Shown: piece by piece, positions 14,780 through 25,955 of the stretch | Position numbering within the stretch: the first letter of the stretch is position 1 | How the letters are laid out: each line of letters starts with the position of its first letter | Assembly: GCF_001194135.2 (NCBI RefSeq) | Contig: NC_068995.1 | Location: 2,089,424 to 2,153,423, forward strand | Direction of reading: 5' to 3' | Origin: Octopus bimaculoides | Lineage: Eukaryota | DNA length: 64,000 nucleotides | Translations under genes and position numbers: made by a program | The notes under the pieces: generated by a model | What the model was told of the DNA's origin: nothing | Databases searched by the model: none | What the model saw: only the letters and a program-made list of their open reading frames with translations

Positions 14780-14919
14780 TGGAAGACAGAGACAGAGAAA
14801 CAGAGAGAGAAAGAGACAGACAGGCAGATAGACAGACAGAGAAAGAGAGAAAAACAGAGACAGATAGAAGGATAGATTCACTGACAGAGAGACAAAGAGA
14901 AAGAGTGAGATAGACAGAC

Positions 14920-14964
<45 letters not shown>

Positions 14965-15156
14965 AAGACAGCAGGCGAGTCAGAGACAGAGAAACAAGGA
15001 GAGAGGCAGATAGACAGACTAACAGAGAAAGACAGAGACAGAGAGAGAGAGAGATAGGTTGATGGAGAAAGAGAGAAAGGAGAGAGAAAGAGAGTGTGTA
15101 TGAGTGAGAAAGAGATTGAGAGAGAGAGTGTATGAGTGAGAAAGAGAGAGAGAGAG

Positions 15157-15228
<72 letters not shown>
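14630..15228. repeat. Long (GA)n/(GACA)n purine tract
   Basis: About 600 bp almost entirely purine on the + strand. Confidence 0.95.
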
Positions 15229-15231
<3 letters not shown>

Positions 15232-15440
15232 CAGCTACAGACAATATGAATCGTTAAGGAATGACTGAGGCTGTCAAGGAACTTGGAAGTGGAAAAACAT
15301 GTTTGGATGTGAAACATTTAAAAACACAGATTGGGTTAAAAGTGATGAGGGGAGGCAAATGCGAGGGAGGAAGAATATGCATTAATGATATATAAATAAG
15401 TAGATCAATAGTCTTATATTTATAAATAATTTGGAAGTTA

Positions 15441-15884
15441 TTGTTATATTTCGGAAGAGACATACCTATAAAACCCATTCACCTGTTGTTGTTTTAGTAT
15501 ACTTTTTTTTTTTTCCAAAGAAAAACAACTGTTTGGGGTTGAGGGGAGGAGAAGGTGAAAAAGGTCAACTGTTTATCAACATTTGCGAGTTAGATATTTG
15601 TAGGTCAACATGTGAACCTAAAGAGAAAAGGGTTGCATGGAAAGCAAGAGTCTCACCGAGTTGTGTCTCTGCTATTACATGACTCCACTGTAACCGTTGA
15701 TTGTAAACCGATATGGGTCTGGCAAGCTGCCTCAGAAGCCAGAAAAAGCGAAGCTGATAAGCAGGTCATCTTTAGAAACAGGAAGGAACAACAGCACAGA
15801 TCAACGTGTGTTTGGTGAAATTCTATGCAAACAACAAAAGGAAAGAGTGCTTGTCGGTTTTATGCCTCTTCCGAAATATAACAA
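15441..15884. mobile_element. TA-flanked MITE, 444 bp (Tc1/mariner superfamily)
   Basis: TA at 15439-15440 and 15885-15886; TIR TTGTTATATTTCGGAAGAG at the left end matches CTCTTCCGAAATATAACAA at the right end, extending imperfectly to ..TAAAACC / GGTTTTA.. Confidence 0.8.
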
Positions 15885-16085
15885 TATTGGTCTCAATGCA
15901 AAGCTTCATATTAAAATTCTTGCAAAACTAATTGAAATTTGAGTAATTTGAAAATGTAGCGGAGATTTGAACCCTCGTCACTAGATACTCGATTGGGCAC
16001 CAAGAGTGAGACACCACAGTTTCATGGGATTGATCTACCAGCCGACCAATCACCATGAAGCTTGCTTGAATGTTCAGGAATTTAC

Positions 16086-16163
16086 CCTCTTGTCACCATA
16101 TTTAAACCGATTGGTGACTAATTCACCAAGCAGAATGTTGAGAGCAGCCAACTGATTCCCATG
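16086..16163 (-). CDS. Candidate first coding exon of a divergently oriented gene (MGNQLAALNILLGELVTNRFKYGDKR)
   Basis: ATG at 16163 with G at -3 and +4, Gly2 start, AGG|GTAAAT donor (GT at 16085-16084), CpG-enriched leader at about 16180-16305. No recognised homology. Confidence 0.22.
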
Positions 16164-17819
16164 CCTCACCTCAAAATGAACTCCGGCACTTGAAGAAACA
16201 GCTACGGTCTTTTGCGCAGACAGACCGATTCTGGACATTCACATAATATCCTACAAGTAGCTTCTACGGACGCAGCGTGATTTTTCTCTCTTCCCAGACG
16301 GCAACCATTATTAATACCTTATCATTGTAAATAGCCACCAACATCAAATATATTATGTCCGGCCAAATATATTAAAGTTAAAGGTAATGAGTTTGCTTTA
16401 GTTATTCTACACACAGCTTTCTTGCAAAAAAAAAAAAAAAAAAAAAAAAAAGGGTCCAGCAATGATACGATCTCTGTGACAGAAGCAGCATGCCATGACA
16501 AAAGTATTGGAGGAAAAGTACATACAGAATAATTCTATGAAACGATACACCAAGAAGGATATTCTCCAAAAATTTCTATTGTCTGGTTTTAAAGAAATTA
16601 TCTCCCTTGTTTGTTATTTTCAGATATCCTAGAGAGTTCGATAATTTCTTTTGATTGAAATTATTCAACTCATTAAAGTACATGTCACGATATCTTTCTG
16701 TATTGTGTAGTAAACTTAATAGAAAATATAAAACGTGCAACAACATTTTCTGAATATTTGTTCTGATGCAGAACTTTAACGAAACCACGTGTCTATAACT
16801 GATAAACAAATTAGACTCAAATAAACAACTTTAATTCTATAAACAAAAAAGTATATTTAATCCTTGGTTGAAAATAATATTAAAGTTTAAAATCTTTGAG
16901 ATAATATTTGTGTATGACAAGGGGCAGGGTGCAATTTATAATTTAATTAATTCTTTAAGATGAATTATAGTCAAAATTATCATTACTCTCCCTGCTATGA
17001 ATACCATTTTTAGAATTAAACATATTTTGAAAAACTATTCAAATCTTTATTTTCCAAACGGATTTCATCCCCAATCGTCATTAGGTGTCTTGTTCTTAAA
17101 TATTTTACACATTGCTGGAATAAATTCAAACAAACTACGGCCAGTAGCGATCTTATTGTCCACCAGGTCATCAAGACCCATGTACAACTGATGTCACATC
17201 TTGAAGTTATACGCATCTTTCACTAAAGGCAGCCATATTAAGTCAATGTCAGCGATAGTTTTACTGATTAAATTTTCAATAAGTGTTATATATACAGCTT
17301 CTTTAATTTTTCAAACTTTCTATTGTGTTTCTGTGTCCATTATGGAAATTTAATTGCGTGGAGGCGAATGATGATTTCCTATCCCACGCCACACAATGGC
17401 TACCATAAGTTTCAAACAATTTATATATTTTAAAAATTTCTTAATCATGTCGTCTGAGAAAAGAATGGAATGACTAAACTTGTATTATTTAATTCCTCAT
17501 TAAATATGATATAAAAAATATCCTTTAGTTATACATGGTAATATCTTTGCCTTATTTTAATTTGTTTTAATCTTTTGTCCTGCTAAAGTATTCAAAACAC
17601 CATTGTATTTATAAGCAGAAGTGAAAAAAACATTATTATTAGCATAAACAACAGTTTACTATTGAACGAAATAATATATTCATAGATCGATATCCAATGC
17701 TATATCCTTTTCACCCAATGATTTTTACGACATTTGCGAGGCATGGATACAATCAAGCATTGGCATCATAAAATGGTAATTTGTTTTCAAGAGTCTTTGA
17801 ACACACTGGACAGATGGTT

Positions 17820-18170
17820 GAGATTCAACGCTTTCTATGCTTTGATGTCATGATTGATTTCATCCCAGTTCGATCGAAGAACTGAGCAGGCCGGGATATT
17901 AACTTAATAATTTGATCGGAAATAAACTGCTTGACTTAACGTTCGGTGATCTTGGGATTGTTATCATGCACCAGGATCAATTTGAGCGGTAAATGGTGAG
18001 AGAGAAATATGGAAAATAGATTGACGTCTCTTTCCCTGTCTTTGAGCAGTTCTTAACCCATCGTATCGATGATTCAATGAATAAGATCAAGATATTGACC
18101 TGAGAAGCCCCTCCACACCATTACTACACAACTTCTTCCTTCCTTCTCAGTGTGTGTTCTGGAAATGTCT
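17820..18170 (-). mobile_element. Tc1-type (DD34E) transposase relic
   Basis: Minus frame with stops reads TEKEGRSCVVMVWRGFSGQYLDLIH*...LILVHDNNPKITER*VKQFISDQIIKLISRPAQFFD. This matches the Tc1 motifs GGSVMVWGCFS and QDNDPKHT..WPSQSPD, with P, Q and D at positions 26, 28 and 31 counting the second catalytic D as 1. Confidence 0.72.
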
Positions 18171-19374
18171 GAAGTTCAGTTTCTTGTCAGGACAATGTCT
18201 CACTTAGACTCTGCAGCCAGTTCTACACTGCTGAAATTTAGATTTGTCCCTTTATTTCACTAAACCCCACTCGGTAAGCACCCAGTTTATGTAATTCCAG
18301 GCAAATTTAAGGCACACTTTACAGTTCTCCATAGAAACAAATGCTTTGTTTGTTTGTTTTTATTTTTAGCTACAGACTCACCTATTTCGTCAAATTACTC
18401 AAGTTGTGTTGCTGATAGGTTGCGAACTGGGAAAGTCGTTATAGAATAGGGCAGAATGCCTCGCATTATCGATTTCGGTTCTTTTGTGTTCCAAGTTCAG
18501 ATCCTGCTGGCGTCACTTTTACCTTTTATCATTTCAGAGTCGATAAAAAAAAGTAAGAAACAAGGGTGGCAGATTGGCAGGATTGTAAGAATGCTGCACA
18601 GGGAACCTTGTGGTTGTTGTTACAAAGCTTTGGGCTCTGAGTTCAAACACACCATTACCGGTTTAACAGCACCACCTGGTCATTTAGGTGCCTTTTGCAG
18701 AGTTCACCCTGATGCAAATATTTGGGACAGGTCACTAGTTTCCTCACTTCTTTCCACCAGTTTTGAAGGTCTGTAAGAGTTAAAGGGCACTGTTTTCTTC
18801 TTGACCAGAAGACCAGAAAAAAAAATAGTTATCGTCAACAATCTGAGTCTGTTGCGCATGTGCAGATATCAACTATAGTTGACATTTTGCTTTTGCACTT
18901 TAACATCTCTTGGAGATGGTTTTTATGGAATTGGCATATCTGGGGAAGTCATGGTAGATGCCAGTGACCAACACCCAGGAATATTTAGACCAATTCCGAT
19001 GCAAAAGGACATTCCTGTAGGATTATCGTGTCTTTGCTTTGTTTAAGAGTATAAGGTGTGACTTGAGGGAGATTTGGCTATGGTGTCCAACCCCAGTCAG
19101 TAGAGGACCATAGACTCTTAAGGATAGAGTTGACAGCTTCTAGCTCCTTGTCTCTTCAACCTAAACACTCGTTTCAATATAACCCCCTTCACCTTCACCT
19201 TCACCATTGCCTCCACCACCACCTGTCATTTAAAACCAAACTCCTTACCTGTATTTTAATTAATGTCAGTTGATATGGCAGATGAGTGGCTGCCCCTACC
19301 AGCTGGGTTAGGGTTAGGGTTTTATGTGTGTGTATCGTGGCACGTGCCGATGCGTCTATATATACAAGCATATA

Positions 19375-19545
19375 TATTCTTTTCTACTCTAGGCACAAGG
19401 CCCGAAATTTTGGGGGAGGGGGCCAGTCGATTAAATCGACTCCAGCACGCAACTGGTACTTAATTTATCGACCCCGAAAGGATGACAGGCAAAGTCAACT
19501 TTGGCAGAATTTGAACTCAAAACGTAAAGATTGACGAATACAAGC
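19375..19545 (-). mobile_element. SINE family 2 copy
   Basis: Reverse complement of ..TTTTGAGTTCAAATTCTGCCAAAGTTGACTTTGCC..TCATCCTTTCGGGGTCGATAAATTAAGTACCAGTT..; same family as 32525-32720. Confidence 0.7.
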
Positions 19546-21213
19546 ATATTTATTCTTGAACAAGAATATCATTGGCAGTAACTTTGAAGTTTCGGACTGC
19601 CCGAAGATGGCTTAGCTGGACCAACACTTCGAAGTTACTGTCAAAAATATTCTTGTTTAAGAATAATTTATAAAATTTGTACTCAACAAATGTAGAGATT
19701 AAACCCATGAGATTAATGTAAAATTGTCGTTTTTTTTTATAACTGAACATAATCTCTCTCTCTCACACACACACACACATGTGCACGTGTGTGTGTGTGT
19801 GTGTGTGTGTGTATGCCTATCTGTATGTCAATGCATGTGTCTATGTATCTCTATATGTGTATCACTCTATGTAACTGAGTCTGTGTGTATGTCACTGTGT
19901 GTACCATAGCATCTCGTTTCGTTTGTGTGTGTAGGCGTGTGTGTGTGTGTGTGCATGTGTTTGTGTCACTGCACGTGATTCTTGTGTGTACATGTGTGTG
20001 TGTATGCGCGCGTTTAATATCGTGTAGATGTTGATGATGATGGTGGTGGCGGTGGTGACAGCTTAATTAAACTGTTGTTGTTGTTGTTGATGTTGATTAG
20101 CCCCAGGCTAGCCCTGAACGAGAGCCCCTATGATCAAAGCCATCCCAACCGGGTGACCAACCTGGTTTATCTTTTCATTGTCTCCTTGCAGGGAGTCCAC
20201 GACCCTCCCCCCCATTGTACAATATCTGTTTCCCTAAGTTGTTAGGATGTGATTTGTGTGAGATTTAGCTGCTCTTACTAGCAGGTAGAACAACCATAGA
20301 CGAGATCCTTAATTGAGCACAGGTGGTGATGGTGATGGTGATGATGCCAACGTTGGAGGTGGTGATGATGATGATAACGATGGTGACGGTGGAGTACTTG
20401 GTTATGCTAGTAGCGTAACAGTACTGGTGATGGAGGTGGCGGTGGTGGATGTGATCGTTGTAGTAGCAGCAGCAGCAGTAGTAGTAGTGGTAGTAGTAGT
20501 AGCAGCAGGGGCAGCGATAAAAATGGTGTTGCCAGTTGTGTTGTTATTGTTGGTGGTGATGGTGGTGGTGGTGGTGGCGATGGTGGTGGCGGCGGTGTTG
20601 GTTGTAATGGAAGGGATAGTGGTTGTGGTGATGGTGGCAGTGTTTGGTGGTAGTAGTAGTGGTGGTGGTGGTGGCGGCGGCGGCGTTACAGTTCTCACAG
20701 ATCGATAGGACCAGATACAAAGAGCAGCAACATCAGCAGCATGCATCGGTAGTAGTAGTAGTAGTAGTAGTAGCAGTATCTACAAACAACTAAAACAACA
20801 GCAGGGGTAATAACGGCATCATCATCATCAACAGCAGCAGCAGCAGCAATAGCTGCAGCAAGAAGAGCATCAGTGATAAGTGCATCAACGGCAGCACCGG
20901 GATATGCAGCAAGTGGAGCAGCAGGGATAAGTGCATTAACATCAGCAGCAACAGCAGCAACGACAGCTGCAATAGTTGCAACAATTAGAGCAGAGCAGCA
21001 GCAGCAGCAGCAGCTGTGAGATTAATTACAAAATGCTGCACATCAACAATTAGTAAATTTCTGTTGATTATTGTTGTGATTGTTTTCTGTTATCCAGAAC
21101 CATTTTCGTTGATGTATTTGGATTAAGAAAAAAAGAAGCAATTGTCAGCTGACGAGCCTGGGGATCGAACGTGTTTACAATTGCAGCCGTCGGTTGAGTT
21201 AGATACGATTTGG

Positions 21214-21254
21214 ATGGGACCACTTCTGAAGAAGGCAAGAGATGTACCGTACAG
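21214..21254 (+). CDS. Candidate alternative first coding exon (MGPLLKKARDVPY + AG, phase 2)
   Basis: ATG at 21214 and CAG|GTAACC donor at 21254/21255, the same phase as the 25381-25616 exon, in unique CpG-rich DNA. Weak Kozak context and no recognisable homology. Confidence 0.2.
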
Positions 21255-21357
21255 GTAACCTGTCTGGGGAGACGGGTGAATAGTCAGTTATCTGCCATTA
21301 CAGAGAGAAAGGAAAAAAGAACCAATGTGAACGAGTGAGGGGGCAACGGAGAGTTGC

Positions 21358-21617
21358 CGTGCAGATAGCACGATGGATTGGACGGACGTATAGTCTGATA
21401 TTCTCCAATAGGGATACAAGAGACATTTGTAAGAAAACATAGAAAAACAATAAGGAATCATGTTATCGTGCAGATAGCCTACTACAGTAGCCGGGCATCT
21501 TCGTGCAGATAGCTCACTTTGGAAACGAACGTATAACCAGTCTCCACTAGAGAGAGAGAGAGAGACAGAAAGACAAAAGTGTGCGTGTAAGAGGAGAGCA
21601 ACTGTCGTGCAGATAAC
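21358..21617 (+). promoter_or_regulatory. Homotypic cluster of CGTGCAGATA(G/A)C, 4 copies, WGATAR core
   Basis: Copies at 21358-21369, 21467-21478, 21502-21513 and 21606-21617, same orientation, irregular spacing, unrelated spacers. The copies are directly visible; the regulatory role is inferred. Confidence 0.45.
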
Positions 21618-21854
21618 TCGCTAATGTTAACGGGCGTATAGCTAGTCAGCCTCCACAAAAGAGACATCTTGATTGTTCTCTATATATTTGTTGTTATTAT
21701 TGTTTTTCTAATCTTTTATTGTTATCAGTTATTATCTGTTATTGTTATCATTGTTATCTGTTATTTTGACAGCTTTCTATTCGATATTTTAAAGACTGGT
21801 TTCTTCCGCGAAAAAAAAAAAATTTATACATTAATTTTAAACATTAATTTTTGC

Positions 21855-21891
<37 letters not shown>

Positions 21892-23626
21892 TACATACAT
21901 TTACATATCATTGAATTCTTCAATATATGTGTGTTTAATGGAGCTGTGATGCAAAAAGAAGACAAAAATATCTGAAATTCAAATGAACTAACAATCGAAA
22001 TAATTTCACAAAATGTGACTGTTTCAATTTTAGAAAGAACCAATTTTTGGAGAAATATTTGATAATTTCACGAAAATTTATTGAATGAAAAAAATTTCAA
22101 AAATAAAAGACTCGTATCTATTAGAAAATCAAATTATATAATGAACTTTATTGAATTTTTAACCGAGGAGAATATGGAACTGTGTATGTTTACACGGGGA
22201 AAAAGTGGAATAGGAGCCATTTAACCAAAAGGTAAAAAAAAAAAAAAGGAATTATGGAAAACAGAGAGAAAAAATGAAATAATGCGATAAAAAGAAATAA
22301 TAATCCAAAAGGAAGTATGTGGAAAATGCCATATTGAAAATGTGCAATTTCATATGTGCATTCTTTTGATGTTGTGACGAATTCTGCATTACTGCAGTTG
22401 GCTGCAATGAGCAAGAAAGAATGTAGAGCGAATGTGTTTCATATTCATCAATGAAAACGAGTTATCGTCTGCTGAAATGTTGAGTGTGAGCATGAGTGTG
22501 AGTGGCGTTTGTAGGAGGTTGTGTGCAGCAACAGCAGCAGCAATAACAGCAAGCAACCTGCTACCATGGCTACAACAGCAGCAGCAACAGTAGTTTTCTG
22601 CCTTATTGACCATTATAATCACCACCACAACTACAATTATCATTATCACCAATATTATCTTCATCATTATCATCAACATCGCCGTCGTCCATCTTAGCTA
22701 TCACAGTTGACACACAAACACACACACACCTCCATTTCATCTCATCATCGTTACAAGACAATCCGCTGCCGCCACCACCGCCGCTGCGCCGCCTCCCGCC
22801 TCAGCTGAGTGCCTCTACTCACGATAACAAATAATAATAACATTATTAATAATAACAACAATAATACGATATATTTGATTAAAAGAAAGCTTAATAATAA
22901 TCAAAAACAAAAATCAAACAAATAATACGAATAAAATTAACAACTAATAAAAACAAAGACAAAAAACTACTCTGTGTGTGCGTGTATATGTATATATTTT
23001 GAGGGCATTGCACGTGCACATAAACTGAGTATTTGTGTGTGTGTGTGTCACAAAACTTAGGTATGTGATGTGACAGTGTGTATGCATGTGTATGTCTGTG
23101 TGTGTTTAAGGCTATAACCACGTAGATTTCTCTTTAAGTATACACGTGTTGTGTGTGTAAGTAAAATGCATGTGTGGTCCTTCAAATGCGTGTGTAGGCC
23201 CGCTAATGTAGTAAAGTACAGAAGTTCCCGCTGGCCAATCTCTCCGTTATAACGGTGGTGATGATGATGATGATGACGAGGTTGTCAATGGCGTGATTGA
23301 GAGAGAAAAAGAAAAATATATATTGCATCAAAAGAAAGCAACTGAGCTCGCTAGCAGACGAGCAGCATCTCAGATAAGGAAAGAGACATCAGGACACTCC
23401 CCCGCCTCCCGCTCCGATTTTCTTTCCCCTTTGGCACCGTCTCTTCTTCTGAGCACATCAGACGGAAGATTGACATCAATCACATCGGACCTAACTACAC
23501 ACACACACACACACACACGCACACACGCACACACACGCACACGCGCACGCACATGCACACATATATTATAGATACATACACACGACACACATATAAATGT
23601 ATAGATACAAACACATATAGGCTTAT

Positions 23627-23667
<41 letters not shown>

Positions 23668-23679
23668 AATACACACATG

Positions 23680-23830
23680 TAAAACAGGCGTTGTGTCGGC
23701 GTAAGGCGATATTGACCGCCGCACGTAAGTTACGCCTGCACACCTGCACTCACACTCTCACTCAGAGCTCTCACTCTATATATGAGAGTGTGGTGTGTCT
23801 CGGGCAGTATCCGCAAGCAGGTGACACAAA
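23680..23830 (+). promoter_or_regulatory. Candidate core promoter for the Piccolo/RIM-like gene
   Basis: CpG-rich unique stretch at 23680-23745; TATATAT at 23777 lies 29 nt before an Inr-like GCAGT (A at 23806); GGCCAATC near 23230. Inference only, since TA repeats are ubiquitous here. Confidence 0.3.
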
Positions 23831-24836
23831 ACGTTCAAGATGACGGAGACAGCAACAATACTTGCTCCTGGCAAGGAAAAAAATTTATTACCAACAGCAG
23901 CTTCGGATTTATCTGCACTTTTCTCCCATCGTTCATTTATCTTAATGTCTTCTTCACTGTAATCATGTTCCCATCTTTATCAATGATGTCGATGGTTTGA
24001 AATTGTCCCACCTCGCTCCATCTTTTTTACACACATACATCTATCGATATCTATCTGTGTGTGTGTGTGTGTGTGTGTGTGAGTGTGTGAGTGTGATTTG
24101 TGTGTGTATGAGTGTGTGTGTGTGTGTATGTATATATGTATGTACCTTTATTAGTATGTGTGTATGTGTTTGAAACACTGTCTCACTCTTTCTCTTTCTA
24201 ATGGTGTGTTAAATGGTTTAGTATACATGTACTTTAAGTTCATCGTCTCATAGACTGTCAATCCTTTTGTGTGTAAGAGATAAAGAATTACGTGTATATA
24301 TCAATATATATATTACATATATATTTCATAGATTCGTGTGTATATGAGCTCCATGTGAGATTCGAAATAGACATCTAGATAGACACAGACGTACACTCAT
24401 GCATATTTAAATGTGTGTGTACATATAAAAATTTGTAAACCACCGGACTTTATATCTATATATATATATCTAAATATATATATATATATATAATTATATA
24501 CACGTACACATAGTGACTACACAAATATTGTCTGTGAATACCATATTTTTAATCTTTTATTTAAATCAGTTGAGTGTAAAACAATAGCATACCAGACGAC
24601 ATTTGATGGCAAAACAGAAGATAAAAAGAAAGCGAAAGAGGAAAAAAAAAAGAAAAAGGAACAGGGCCAAGGGCTTCGTTATCGATGAGGAATTTCAACG
24701 AATTATTCCTTTAAAGACCTAGGAGAAATATTTCAGTGATTTCGGAGGAGAAAAATAATCAAGTAAGCAATTTAATTTGGAAACGATTTAAAGGGAACAG
24801 ATTAAAGTAAAGCGTGAGTGCGTGCGTGAGTGAGTG

Positions 24837-24898
<62 letters not shown>

Positions 24899-24918
24899 AG
24901 TAGATCGGGTGGTATAGA

Positions 24919-24953
<35 letters not shown>

Positions 24954-25380
24954 TATGTATTTATGTATGCATGGTGTAAAATAGACAGAAGCATAGTGAA
25001 TGTGAAAGTAGAGAAACCAAGTTAACGATAGAGATAACTATATATATATATATACATATACACATACAAATATATAAGGGTTGTGAGTGAACTTAGAAAG
25101 AGAAAGAGCGAGAGCAAGCCACACACACGCACATACACCATCACACATAAAACTACATATATAAACACACCGACACACACAGAGACGTATATATTTACAC
25201 AAATATACATGCACACATAAAGGCACACATCTTTATATGTATATGTATATACATATACACATATATGGTTACACGAGCAAATACTCACACCTCAGAGAGA
25301 GAAAGAAAGAGTAAGATTGTGAGATATAGACAAAAAATACAAAGCGCCCCACGAGCAGGGGTAAACATTAGGTGTCTAAT

Positions 25381-25616
25381 ATGGGAAACGAAACCAGCCA
25401 GCCTGCGTCGAATGCGACTACCCCAGCATCGGAAGGTCACTCGGTGTACTCTTTCGGATCGGTCCGTCGATCGTCGGCGGCGTCGAGCCAACACTCATCC
25501 CCTGTCGAACCCCCTCAACCGGATCTTAGTCACCTGACAGAGGACGAGATCGCTCAGATTCGATCCGTCATCGACAGAGCCAAACAAATACAAATGGACG
25601 AGACCACACGAGTCAG
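25381..25616 (+). CDS. First coding exon (78 codons + 2 nt) of a presynaptic active-zone / Rab3-Rab27 effector family gene; Piccolo/Bassoon-like N-terminus most likely, RIM or rabphilin not excluded
   Basis: ATG at 25381 has A at -3 and G at +4, with an in-frame TAG at 25369-25371 upstream. Translation is MGNETSQPAS...PPQPDLSHLTEDEIAQIRSVIDRAKQIQMDETTRV(R). The MGxxxS myristoylation start resembles Piccolo MGNEAS and Bassoon MGNEVS. The helix resembles Piccolo DLSQLSEEERRQIAAVMSRA, RIM PDLSHLTEEERxIIxAVMDR and rabphilin LTDEEKEIINRVIARA (recalled sequences). The exon ends at CAG|GTAAGT (GT at 25617-25618), and the sequence is unique and CpG-rich amid repeats. Confidence 0.88.
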
Positions 25617-25884
25617 GTAAGTGGATCTTCACTCTATTTTCTGCCACTCTGTTCATCTACCTACCTATCTATCTATCTCTATCTATCTATCTCTATCTAT
25701 CTATCTCTATCTATATATCTATCTATCTACCTATCCATCTATCTATCTATCTATCTTCCTGTATGCCTATTTACCCATTTATCTATCTATCTACCTGTAT
25801 AACAATATATCTATCTAGTTACATATCCACCCATCCATGCTTCCATCCATCCATTCATCTATCTACCTATCTATCTATCTTTCC

Positions 25885-25955
<71 letters not shown>

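Noticed and set aside
19305-19320. GGGTTAGGGTTAGGGT
   Set aside because: Only two telomeric units; too short to call an interstitial telomere.
20774-21017. Stop-free Ala/Gln-rich frame (TAGVITAS..AEQQQQQQL)
   Set aside because: Degenerate (GCA/CAG)n repeat, no ATG and no convincing splice sites.
25369-25380. GTG start (25372) or TAG|G acceptor giving a longer N-terminus
   Set aside because: No pyrimidine tract precedes the AG, and the ATG at 25381 has good context and yields a family-typical MGNE start.
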